A stretch of DNA of 64,000 nt, from contig CP064994.1 of assembly GCA_016699975.1 (NCBI GenBank), positions 257,222 to 321,221 on the forward strand, in the 5' to 3' direction. Below are positions 8,682-17,681 of this stretch, in pieces. The notes below the pieces were generated by a model, which was not told where the DNA came from, did not search any database, and saw only the letters and a list, made by a program, of their open reading frames with translations. Position 1 is the first letter of the stretch, and every line of letters starts with the position of its first letter. Both the position numbers and the translations under genes were made by a program. This DNA is from Candidatus Moraniibacteriota bacterium. GTDB lineage: Bacteria > Patescibacteriota > Minisyncoccia > Moranbacterales > UBA1568.

Positions 8682-10007
8682 GTGAATACTGAACATTCTT
8701 TTCTGAACATCGCATCATCTTCGAGCGAAGAGGGGGATTCCGACGAGGTTTTTTCCGTAGGAGAATTTTTGGATGCGATGAACGCGAGTTTCTCCGGTAT
8801 GCGCGTCGTTCTTCGTGGAGAAATATCGGGCACAGAGGAACGCCGTGGCGTTACGTACTTTTCTCTCAAGGACAGCGAGTCCGATGCGCTTCTCTCCTGT
8901 CTTATTTTCCGAAATGACTTCGCGGATTCTCTCTCAGAAGTAACGCAAGGGAGTGAAGTGATCGTCGAAGGGACGCCGAATATTTGGAAGCCGCGGGGAC
9001 GATTCTCATTTCGCGTGTATCGCCTTCGCATTGCAGGAGAAGGGGCGCTCAAGAAGGCGTATGATGCTCTTCGCGAGCGGCTCGATCGCGCTGGAATTTT
9101 CGATCCCGAAAAGAAGCGCTCGCTTCCCGCGTTCCCTCAAAAGATTGCTCTCCTCACTTCACGCGAGGGAGCGGCGATGGGAGACTTTGCGGCAAACCTT
9201 CGTCAACACGGATTCTCGGTATCGCTTTTCGATGCGCATGTGGAGGGTCGGTATGCGGTTTCGGACCTTTTGGAGGGAATTCGTTTCTTTCACCGGTCGC
9301 CAGAATCGTGGGATGTGTTGGTTTTGATTCGCGGCGGCGGGAGTTTGGAAAGTCTTCAGGCGTATAACAACGAACATGTGGTTCGGGCGATCGCCGAATC
9401 GAAGATCCCGACGCTTGCTGGCATCGGACACGAAAAGGATATTTCGCTCGCCGCACTCGCTTGTGACGCCATGGTTTCGACGCCGACCGCCGCCGCTGCG
9501 ATTCTCGGTGCTTCGCGCGAATATCTTCGCGAGCAGACAACGAATCTCGAGCACGTTCTCTTTGATCGTTTCCGGGATTTCCTCTTTGACGGTGAAGAGC
9601 GAATTCGCACAGCGAGTGATCGCATTCTCTCTGCACGCGAAGGAATGGCGTCGCCGCTTCGAAATCTTTTTGCGGCCGGGGAGCGCCTCGAAATGCAATA
9701 CGCCGCTTTTCTCGATAAAGCACGATTCCATATGCTCGACCTCTCTCGAGAGTTTATGCGGTCGTTTCGAACTGAACTCATTTCGCAAAAGATAAGTGAT
9801 GTGGAGGCAAGGATAGAGAGTCGAAATCCCTACCGGCTTTTGGAGCGAGGGTATGCTCTTCTTTATCGAGACGGTCATGTTGTGCGAGATGTCGCGACCC
9901 TTAAGGCAGGCGATCGGGTTGAAACGAAACTCGCCTCTGGAGACGTTCGCTCTACTGTGACCCATGTGTTCGCCTCAGGAAGAACAAAAAAACGCCTGCT
10001 CAGATAA
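8682..10007 (+). CDS. xseA: Exodeoxyribonuclease VII large subunit
   Basis: GTG start. An OB-fold N-terminus is followed by the catalytic core ...LIRGGGSLESLQAYNNEHVVRAIAESKIPTLAGIGHEKD.... The small subunit gene lies immediately downstream. Confidence 0.85.
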   Translation: MNTEHSFLNIASSSSEEGDSDEVFSVGEFLDAMNASFSGMRVVLRGEISGTEERRGVTYFSLKDSESDALLSCLIFRNDFADSLSEVTQGSEVIVEGTPNIWKPRGRFSFRVYRLRIAGEGALKKAYDALRERLDRAGIFDPEKKRSLPAFPQKIALLTSREGAAMGDFAANLRQHGFSVSLFDAHVEGRYAVSDLLEGIRFFHRSPESWDVLVLIRGGGSLESLQAYNNEHVVRAIAESKIPTLAGIGHEKDISLAALACDAMVSTPTAAAAILGASREYLREQTTNLEHVLFDRFRDFLFDGEERIRTASDRILSAREGMASPLRNLFAAGERLEMQYAAFLDKARFHMLDLSREFMRSFRTELISQKISDVEARIESRNPYRLLERGYALLYRDGHVVRDVATLKAGDRVETKLASGDVRSTVTHVFASGRTKKRLLR

Positions 10008-10108
10008 GGAGCGGGAAACGCATGTTGTGAAACTTCGTGTGAGGTGGGGAAGAAGCAATGAGCATTTTCTCATAAACCGAATGTATTTATTGTTTTGTAT
10101 CGACACCT

Positions 10109-10327
10109 ATGAAAAAAGAACTGGAGTCAGTCCATATCGACGATACGCTCAAGAAACTCGAACGGATTGCAGCGTGGTTTGACGCGCAGCAAGAACCAAA
10201 GCTGGAGGAGGGTCTCAAGAAAATCGAAGAAGCAGCGAGGCTTCTCGCGATCAGTCGCGAACGGCTTCTCGAAATCCAAAATCGATTTGAAGAAGTAAAA
10301 AAAATAGTCGACCGCAAAAACCTGTGA
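10109..10327 (+). CDS. xseB: Exodeoxyribonuclease VII small subunit
   Basis: 72-aa helical protein (LERIAAWFDAQQEPKLEEGLKKIEEAARLLAISRERL), located downstream of xseA. Confidence 0.8.
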   Translation: MKKELESVHIDDTLKKLERIAAWFDAQQEPKLEEGLKKIEEAARLLAISRERLLEIQNRFEEVKKIVDRKNL

Positions 10328-10433
10328 TATACTTTGTGCGTCGAATCCTCGATACGCTTACGATCGGAAGAAACTTTTTTCAAAAAATTGATGCTTCTTT
10401 TTTCGTACGAAGAGATTTCCAAAACAAAAATTT

Positions 10434-11555
10434 ATGCGCTTTTTTAGAGGGAAAAGTTCTCGTGGATCGGTTCTCGCTTATACGCTCATTGTTCTTGCAA
10501 TCGTCCTCGCCGCCTCGATTGGTATGATGGCGTCTTCGGTGACCGATCTTCAATCAATTTCTTCCAACACTCGTTCTTCAAGTGCGTTCCAAATCGCCGA
10601 TTCGAGTGCACAGCTCATACGAGCCACCATCAAAAATCCTTCCGGAGTACCCTCGAGTGCCGATACGATCGGGGAGTACTGGACAAATTGCAGGAACCGA
10701 GATGGAAAAGCGAGCGTGACGGGCGAGATGCTCGGCGGGACGTACGAAGTCAGTTTTTTGGGAGGAGAGCCTGAGCAAGATCTCGAATGCGGAGACGATG
10801 TGTCTGCTGTAACGGTTATTAAATCCGTCGGGAGTTATCGTGACACCGCACGTGCGGTTCGCGTTTTTGTCGCGGCGCGCCCGACACTTGTCGGTCACTG
10901 GAAACTTGATGAAAATTCCGGAACCAGCGCAAGTGATGATTCCGGAAAAAACAATAATGGCGCGCTTCGAGGTCCTGGAGTGAGTTTTTCTGGAGACGAA
11001 CTTCTCTTTAACAGCACTGCCGGCAAAGGAGGGGCAGAGGTTCCTCATTCCGATACCCTCAATATGACTCGTGCGGTGACGATATCGTTGTGGTTGTTTG
11101 TGGACGAAACTCCTCCCGGCGATTGGACGCCACTTGTTTCAAAAATGGCCGAAAGCGGCGCGGTAGATACTCGAACGTATTCCATTTGGTTGAACCGAAC
11201 AGGATACATCAATCTCTCCACTTCGGATGGCGTGAATCATAATTTTATCGATACTCGGGAAGGCTCAATAGAACTCAAACGATGGTACCACTATGTTGGC
11301 ATTATTGACCGAACGAATAAACGCATGGTCCCCTATATTAACGGGGATCTTGCTGTCAGGCCGAATAACACGGACATTCTTTTTGCTCAAGGGAACGCCG
11401 TTTCAAATACCGCCTCGTTTCGAATTGGTTCGATCGATTCATCTTCCTTTCCGTTTTCTCCTTTTACTGGAAAAATAGATGACGTTCGCGTGTATGACGG
11501 AGCGCTCTCGACTGGGGAAGTGAAAAAGCTTTTTGACGCAGGGAGAAACGGTTGA
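10434..11555 (+). CDS. Membrane-anchored pilin-like protein with a C-terminal LamG/concanavalin-A-like jelly-roll domain
   Basis: The N-terminal hydrophobic helix SVLAYTLIVLAIVLAASIGMMA is pseudopilin-like but lacks the canonical Glu5. The C-terminus (...WYHYVGIIDRTNKRMVPYINGDLAVRPNN...FTGKIDDVRVYDGALSTGEVKKLF) is a classic LamG_3-type motif. Confidence 0.55.
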   Translation: MRFFRGKSSRGSVLAYTLIVLAIVLAASIGMMASSVTDLQSISSNTRSSSAFQIADSSAQLIRATIKNPSGVPSSADTIGEYWTNCRNRDGKASVTGEMLGGTYEVSFLGGEPEQDLECGDDVSAVTVIKSVGSYRDTARAVRVFVAARPTLVGHWKLDENSGTSASDDSGKNNNGALRGPGVSFSGDELLFNSTAGKGGAEVPHSDTLNMTRAVTISLWLFVDETPPGDWTPLVSKMAESGAVDTRTYSIWLNRTGYINLSTSDGVNHNFIDTREGSIELKRWYHYVGIIDRTNKRMVPYINGDLAVRPNNTDILFAQGNAVSNTASFRIGSIDSSSFPFSPFTGKIDDVRVYDGALSTGEVKKLFDAGRNG

Positions 11556-11565
11556 GTTCTTTCTT

Positions 11566-13276
11566 ATGCGAAGTGTTTATCATGAATTCTCCATTGTTTT
11601 GGGCGGCGCGGCCGGTAAGGGCGTGCAGACCGTCGAGGGAATTCTGCTTTCGGTTTTGAAGAGCGAAGGCTATCTTGTCTTTGCCTCGAAGGAATACATG
11701 TCGCGTGTTCGGGGAGGAAGCAATTCAACGGAAATTCGGATCGGCTCAAAGCGGCCGCTCGCATTCTTGCGCGAGATGACTCTTTGCTTTCCGTTCGATC
11801 GAGCAGCGCTTTCCCATCTTCGTTCGAGGATTTCTCCAAGCACTCTTGTTCTCGCCGATCCTCGTGTTGCATCGGGCTCGTCTTTCTCTGAACACGCAGT
11901 CCTCAACGTCCCGCTCTCTGATATTGCTGCTGAATTGGGAAATCCGCTTTTTGAAAATACCGTTGCGGCGGGGATTCTTCTTGGTATTTTGGGGGCGGAT
12001 ATTTCTGGGCTCGATACGTATCTGCAGAATCGTTTCTCTCGAAAAGGAGAAAAAATTGTTGCAGGAAATATCGAAGCGGGTATTCGCGGGTACAAAGTTG
12101 GGCAACATCTTTCGTATACTGAGAATATCGAGGTTCACATCTCTCGAGACGAATCGATTCAAAAAGAAGTGCTTCTTGATGGGACGACGGCAATTTCTTT
12201 GGGAGCGATAGCCGGGGGATGTAACTTTATTGCTTCTTACCCCATGTCACCTTCGACCGGCGTTCTCGAGTTTCTTGCGCGAGAATCCGAACGCTTGGGC
12301 ATCGTTGTTGAACAAGCCGAAGATGAAATCGCGGCGATGAATATGGGTCTCGGTGCTTCGTATGCGGGCGCGCGCTCCCTGGTAAGTACGTCGGGCGGGG
12401 GCTTTGCTCTTATGGGCGAGGGAGTCAGTCTTGCGGGAATGATGGAACTGCCAATAGTCATTCATTTAGCGCAGCGTCCGGGACCTGCGACCGGGCTTCC
12501 GACACGTACCGAGCAAGGCGATCTGAATCTCGCTCTTTTTTCGGGTCATGGCGAATTCCCGCGAGCTCTTTTTGCGCCCGGTTCGCACGAGGAAGCGTAC
12601 GAGCTTGCCGCGCGCGCGTTTCACCTTGCGGAGAAGTGGCAGTCGCCTGTCTTTCTTTTGTCAGACCAGTATCTCCTTGATGCTGTGACTACGGTTCCTC
12701 TTTCTCAGTTTCCTCATTTTCCCGATATACCGTCCTTCACGGAAACAGAGGCGTCGTACGAACGGTATGCTTTTTCCGAGAACGGTGTTTCTCCACGGGG
12801 AATTCCGGGACACGGTCGAGGTCTGGTAGTCTCCGATAGCGATGAGCACACCGAAGACGGGCACTTAACCGAACGTCTTGATACGCGGGTTCAAATGACA
12901 AAAGCAAATGAAAAAAACTCGAAGGGCTGATTGCTGAAGCGCTTCCCCCTTCCAATTTTGGAGTTAATCGAGCTCCCATTGTCCTCGTCGGCTGGGGCTC
13001 GACGAAAGGAGTGCTCTGTGAGGGATTGCAAAAATCTGGACGAGAAGACATTTCACTGCTCCACTTTCGCCAAGTCTATCCGCTTCCTGAAAATATAAAA
13101 AACTTTCTTTCGGGGGAGCAAAAAAATTGTCGTTTTTGAAAAATAATTTTTCAGGGCAATTTGCGACCTTGTTGGAACACCACGGTATTCGAATTCACGA
13201 GCGAATATGTAAATACAGCGGAGAGCCCTTCAGTGTGGAGGAAATCACCGAAAGCATTGCTCGATTGTCACTCTAA
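11566..13276 (+). CDS. korA: 2-oxoacid:ferredoxin oxidoreductase, fused gamma-alpha subunit (KorA/PorGA); interrupted by two frameshifts at A-runs
   Basis: The main ORF (frame 1, ending at 12930) contains the gamma domain (FSIVLGGAAGKGVQT) and alpha domains. The C-terminal KorA sequence continues in frame 0 from 12912 (KKLEGLIAEALPPSNFGVNRAPIVLVGWGSTKGVLCEGLQK...LHFRQVYPLPENIKNFLSG). It continues again in frame 2 to the stop at 13276 (KKLSFLKNNFSGQFATLLEHHGIRIHERICKYSGEPFSVEEITESIARLSL*). The shifts fall on A7 at 12911-12917 and on GGGGG/A7 at 13113-13127. Confidence 0.75.
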
Positions 13277-13282
13277 AATTGT

Positions 13283-14149
13283 ATGGAGACGCTTTCACCA
13301 AAACATTTTGATATGCCCGCGAGTACCGATATCGCCTGGTGCCCGGGCTGCGGGAATTTTCCGATTCTTACGATAGTGAAGATGGCGCTTGCCGAGCTCA
13401 GTATTGCTCCCGAAAAGCTGGTCTCAGTTTCCGGTATCGGACAAGCTGGGAAGGCGCCTCACTATTATCGCACCCATGTTTTTAATGGACTTCACGGGCG
13501 GGCGCTCTCTGCAGCGACGGGCATCAAGATGGCGAATCCAGAGCTTACGGTCATCGTGGAGAGCGGCGACGGCGATATGTACGGCGAAGGTGGGAATCAT
13601 TTCTTGCATACCATTCGCCGAAATCCGGACATTACGGTTCTCGTCCATAACAATATGGTGTATGGGCTTACAAAAGGGCAAGCCTCTCCCACGAGCGAGG
13701 TGGGCATGAAGACACCGGTTCAGGTGTCGGGTGTCTTTGTAGAGCCGTTTAATCCGCTTGCGTCCGCGATCGCTCTTGATGCCTCGTTTGTGGCGCGCGC
13801 GTTTGCCGGAAATATTCCCCATGCGAAGGATCTTGTGAAGAAAGCGATCGCTCACAAAGGTTTTTCGCTTGTCGATATTTTTCAGCCCTGCCCGGTCTTT
13901 AATAAACAAAATACGTACCCCTGGTTTCAGGAGAAAGTCTATACGCTTGAGGCATCTCATGATACGCGGGATCGTGCGGAAGCATTCCGTCGCGCTATCG
14001 AAACGGATCGTCTTCCGGTAGGCGTTTTCTATGAGAACCCGAATCGTACGCCCTTTGAAGATCATCTTGGAAATCATGGTCGCCCGCTCTTTCGTCATCG
14101 CGTAGACAACCAGATTCTCGACGAACTTTTACGTGAGCGCATTGGATGA
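13283..14149 (+). CDS. korB: 2-oxoacid:ferredoxin oxidoreductase beta subunit (TPP-binding)
   Basis: CPGCG Fe-S/TPP region and the GDG...N TPP-binding motif ([39 protein letters not shown]). Confidence 0.85.
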   Translation: METLSPKHFDMPASTDIAWCPGCGNFPILTIVKMALAELSIAPEKLVSVSGIGQAGKAPHYYRTHVFNGLHGRALSAATGIKMANPELTVIVESGDGDMYGEGGNHFLHTIRRNPDITVLVHNNMVYGLTKGQASPTSEVGMKTPVQVSGVFVEPFNPLASAIALDASFVARAFAGNIPHAKDLVKKAIAHKGFSLVDIFQPCPVFNKQNTYPWFQEKVYTLEASHDTRDRAEAFRRAIETDRLPVGVFYENPNRTPFEDHLGNHGRPLFRHRVDNQILDELLRERIG

Positions 14150-14475
14150 AAGACGCATGTCGATCTTTTCTTTCCAGGGGTATCTTGCAAATTTTTCCTG
14201 ACAAAATCTTCTTTTTTTTGAGCTGCGAAAATTGTCTGTCGTATTGGAAGAAAGTTCTTGCACTTTTCTTTTTCTTCTTTGCTTCCAATCAACAAATCCT
14301 GATTCGAGAAGTGGAAAGCCATGTGTTGCGATGGCACGAGCTTGCATGAGTGTAAATCCTCCGTCAATCCACAAAGACGATGTTCCCAAAAAAAAAGAAA
14401 CGAAAAAAAGCTCCTATGCCGGTGAGGGCAAGGAGGAAAAAAGGTCGGTTCGTCCGATATGTTTCTCCATAGGCT

Positions 14476-14700
14476 CTATCGAATCTCGATGTTCGAGATA
14501 TTCGGGACAGGCACAATCGAGGTGAATGTGTCCATGAACCAGGGGAGGAGTGCTGCGAGTCCGACAAGCGGCAGAATAAATAGGACGAAACTCGTGACCG
14601 CTTTCCAGAAAAGTTGCCGACGGATTTTGTGAATTTCACGAAAGATATCATCCAGCTTTTTGTCCTGTGCCTCGAGGCGCGCCATGATTTCTTCATTCAT
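14476..14700 (-). CDS. Small membrane protein (74 aa; coiled N-terminus plus one TM helix)
   Basis: MNEEIMARLEAQDKKLDDIFREIHKIRRQLFWKAVTSFVLFILPLVGLAALLPWF... The track ORF 14476-14808 extends upstream without support, so the first internal Met was chosen. Confidence 0.35.
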   Translation of the reverse strand: MNEEIMARLEAQDKKLDDIFREIHKIRRQLFWKAVTSFVLFILPLVGLAALLPWFMDTFTSIVPVPNISNIEIR

Positions 14701-15014
14701 AAGAGAAAAAGAAGACAATAAAAGACATCGTAAAAAATACTTTTCTGTGGTTCTTATATTTTGAAGCGAAGTCACAAGAAAACTTCTCTCACAAATCGCG
14801 TCTCTCATTCTGAAGTCTCATTCTGAAGAGAGATGAATTTTTATTAGTCTCCCGAGCCGATATCGGGTAGGACACCCCGAGCGTTTTCGAATTGACATGG
14901 GGAATATCACCTCCTTACTATCCTGAAGAATGCGTCTCAGGGGACGGTTTGAACTCTGGTTTTGGAACAGGAAAGATTCTCTCTTGGGGAAATTCTTTGA
15001 TTCGCTTCCAAGTA

Positions 15015-15323
15015 TTATTCCATGTCGAGCTTAGCTTTTGCTTTTTCGGAGAGGCGTGACGGGTCCCATGGCGGATTGAAAGTGAGTTCGACACTCACTG
15101 ATTCGACACCCGGAACGGCGAGTACCTTTTCTTTTATTTCCGACTCGATTGTCTGGAAAAGAGGACAACCGATCGTAGTGAGCGTCATGGTTATCTCGAC
15201 GTTCGCATCGACGATAAGAATGTCGTATACGAGTCCGAGGTCGATAATGGAAACGAAGAGTTCCGGGTCGAGAATGCCGGAGAGTGCTGCTCGAACTGCT
15301 TCTTCGCTTGGGGCATTCTGCAT
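15015..15323 (-). CDS. Fe-S cluster assembly protein, DUF59/MIP18 family (SufT-like)
   Basis: The sequence ...AVRAALSGILDPELFVSIIDLGLVYDI...TMTLTTIGCPLFQTIESEIKEKV... is typical of FeS_assembly_P (DUF59). Confidence 0.75.
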   Translation of the reverse strand: MQNAPSEEAVRAALSGILDPELFVSIIDLGLVYDILIVDANVEITMTLTTIGCPLFQTIESEIKEKVLAVPGVESVSVELTFNPPWDPSRLSEKAKAKLDME

Positions 15324-15359
15324 ATATTGTAAAAAGCGGTCGATTTTCTTTTGAGACGG

Positions 15360-15632
15360 TCAGTTCGGGAAGACGACCTCGCCTTTGTCATTCTTGATAG
15401 TAATCGCAGAAACTGGGCACGAGCGAGCCGCGTTTAAGATTGTATCGGCATCATCTTCGTTGCAGCTCGAAAGAATGACTGCCTTCGCTTCGTCGTCGAG
15501 CTCGAATGTTTTGGGTGCCACTCCCACGCAGGGCCCCGCACCGATACAGATGTTTTTGTCGACTTCGACTGTCCACCCATTTTTGAGAGTGATTGGTCCG
15601 TGGGGCTTCGCAATATCTTGTACCTCGGGCAT
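15360..15632 (-). CDS. Small single-cluster ferredoxin
   Basis: 90 aa with cysteines in CIGAGPC...C..C spacing (Fer4_13/Fer4_15-like). Sits between sufU and the sufT-like gene. Confidence 0.7.
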   Translation of the reverse strand: MPEVQDIAKPHGPITLKNGWTVEVDKNICIGAGPCVGVAPKTFELDDEAKAVILSSCNEDDADTILNAARSCPVSAITIKNDKGEVVFPN

Positions 15633-15648
15633 ATATTTTTCTCACGTA

Positions 15649-16020
15649 TTAATTTTGAGAGGGAGAAAGCGCATGATGTATTGTCTCGAGGGAGAGGAGG
15701 GCGCAGCGAGCTCGTGTCGGTGAGAAGTCACTTTTACCGAGAAGGTGAAAAATATTTTCTGGCGAAAGAGCTCTGATGTCCGAAACGTTTTTCCCCAGAG
15801 CGAATTCTGAGAGGAGGGAAGCGCTTCCTTGGGAGAGGGCACAGCCGTTCCCGCTCCATCCGATTGCTTCTATTATATCGTTCCTGACGCTCATGTCCAT
15901 TGAGAGTGTGTCGCCGCACGAGCGATTTTCGGTATTGGCATGATGGGTGGGATCGGGAATCGAGCCCATGTTCCTTGGGTGATGATAGTGATCGAGGATG
16001 ACTTCTTCGAAAGACGGCAT
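15649..16020 (-). CDS. sufU: SUF Fe-S scaffold protein SufU/NifU-like
   Basis: Conserved cysteines NPSCGDxL...GxGCAIS... (here NRSCGDTL ... GNGCALSQGSASL) and an HHPRNMG N-terminus. Confidence 0.8.
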   Translation of the reverse strand: MPSFEEVILDHYHHPRNMGSIPDPTHHANTENRSCGDTLSMDMSVRNDIIEAIGWSGNGCALSQGSASLLSEFALGKNVSDIRALSPENIFHLLGKSDFSPTRARCALLSLETIHHALSPSQN

Positions 16021-16149
16021 AGCGAATTTTCTTCGGTACTTTCAGTGTTAAACGTATACTGTTTATAGTGCTTTGTCGAATGTTGATGGTGAATTCAAAC
16101 CCCGAAGCCCCTTTTCTGGTATACTCCGGCGTTAACTTCCAAAAACGCT

Positions 16150-17140
16150 ATGAATATGCCAAAAGGAACGTCCATAACCTTCTTTGAACGAGAGCGAATC
16201 GAAAGCTTTCTCCGCATGAAGAAAAAGAAAACATGGATCGCGGAGAAACCTGGAAGAGATTATCCGTCATCAAGCGAGAGATACGAAGAAATTCGAGTCC
16301 GCACCTTCCCTATGTTGCCATCCGAGCTGAAGCGTATGCGGAAAGACGAAAGAAAATACCAACAAAAGAAAACTGGAAAAACGGCAAAACGAGAAACTGA
16401 AAAAGTTTGTCGAAAGCGAACTCCTGAAGGGACATTCACCGGAGCAGATAGCCGGCCGGTTGAAAACATCTCCTCCGAAAAATCTTTCCTCGTGTACGGA
16501 TACCTCGATAAGTCAGAATCCATCTACATCACATTTACAGGAGAAGGAAGGTCGGCGGATGGTACAAACATCTGCGACGAAAAGAAGCGGAGACGACCAA
16601 AGTTCTCTCGAAAACCGCGAAAAGAGACGATTCCGGATAGAATACCCATTCACGAAAGACCGCGGTCATTACCAAGCGTACACACTTTGGAGACTGGGAA
16701 ACCGATTCCGTGATATTCTCAAACAGAAGTCAGTACTCTCGGTACAGTACGAGCGAAAAATGAAGCTATGCCGATTAAAGAAAGTTCCAAACAAAACAGC
16801 GGTTCGAAAGTGAACGAGCGATACAGGGACATTTCTCTCGGCTTCCGCAGCAATTGAGGAGAAGTATTACGAGAGATAAGAACGGAGAATGTTTTGCACG
16901 GAGAACGAACAAAACTTTCTCTTCTTCCTACTTCTGCGATACCTACAAAAAGTTGTAGAAGAGGTGTGGAAAACTTGAATGGATTGTTACGAGAGTATTT
17001 TCCGAAGAAAATGCCCGTTTGATAAAATTTCCAAAAAGAAGTTCGGTCAGTTCAGGACAAACTCAACAATCGACCGAGGAAAGCGCTTAACTATTTGACG
17101 CCGAATGAAGTTTTTGCCAGGGTACTGGAAAAGGGGCATT
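16150..17140 (+). mobile_element. Degraded IS30-family transposase gene (multiple frameshifts, stops and an internal deletion)
   Basis: Pieces of an IS30 transposase occur in three frames. The N-terminal HTH is ...FFERERIESFL.... Then come ...LKGHSPEQIAGRLKTS..., ...GGWYKHLRRK..., ...RIPIHERPRSL..., ...THFGDWETDSV... and ...VLSVQYERKMKLCRLKKVPNKTAVRK. The C-terminus reads ...ENLNGLLREYFPKKMPV**NFQKEVRSVQDKLNNRPRKALNYLTPNEVFARVLEKGH. The DDE core between them is largely missing. Confidence 0.6.
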
Positions 17141-17201
17141 AAATTCTTGAACTCACCGATCGCGAGAGACTCTTGGTACGCTTCTTATATAAAGACGATT
17201 T

Positions 17202-17474
17202 TTACCGCACTTCTTTGCTTAAATCTTTTTGCAGGGAGGAATCGCTCGTCTTCCGCCTGTGATACTGGTCAATCAAGATTGCGAGCGGACAGTAGCCGGT
17301 TGTTGCGAAAAAAACGAGCATACCTCCGACCATAATCGTAAAAAAATGAACCGAAGGGGAGAGAAAAAATGCGATTGTTTCCGCGGTGAGAATGAAAAAT
17401 CCGGCAATCAGGAATACCGTTCGCTCAACATGCCACGAGCGTGTATTCATCCGGTACACAGCATTCTTTTTCAT
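17202..17474 (-). CDS. DUF2892 (YgaP-like) small membrane protein
   Basis: Two TM helices and the TG(Y/W)CP motif (FFATTGYCPLAILI). Confidence 0.5.
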   Translation of the reverse strand: MKKNAVYRMNTRSWHVERTVFLIAGFFILTAETIAFFLSPSVHFFTIMVGGMLVFFATTGYCPLAILIDQYHRRKTSDSSLQKDLSKEVR

Positions 17475-17681
17475 AAGAAAAATTTAATTTTTAGGAAGGT
17501 GTACCTACTTTATTGAACAGATCATTTTTGATGCGATCCCTTGTCTTTTTGGGTTCCGAATAGTCTCTTCCCAGGAGAAGGAAGCGGTTATTGTTGAGCG
17601 GTTTTCGTGTTCTTCCCCAAGAATCTTCATGATTGTTTTGTAATTCTTCTTGAGAGGAGTTGTTTTTTTGCCGGAGAGAAT

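Noticed and set aside
9154-9965. Minus-strand track ORFs 9159-9965 (268 aa), 9154-9723 and 9356-9781
   Set aside because: They are antisense to xseA, with Arg-rich shadow-ORF composition.
13161-13376. Track ORF 13161-13376 (+), 71 aa
   Set aside because: It is the wrong frame over the korA C-terminus; the true KorA tail is in frame 2, ending at 13276.
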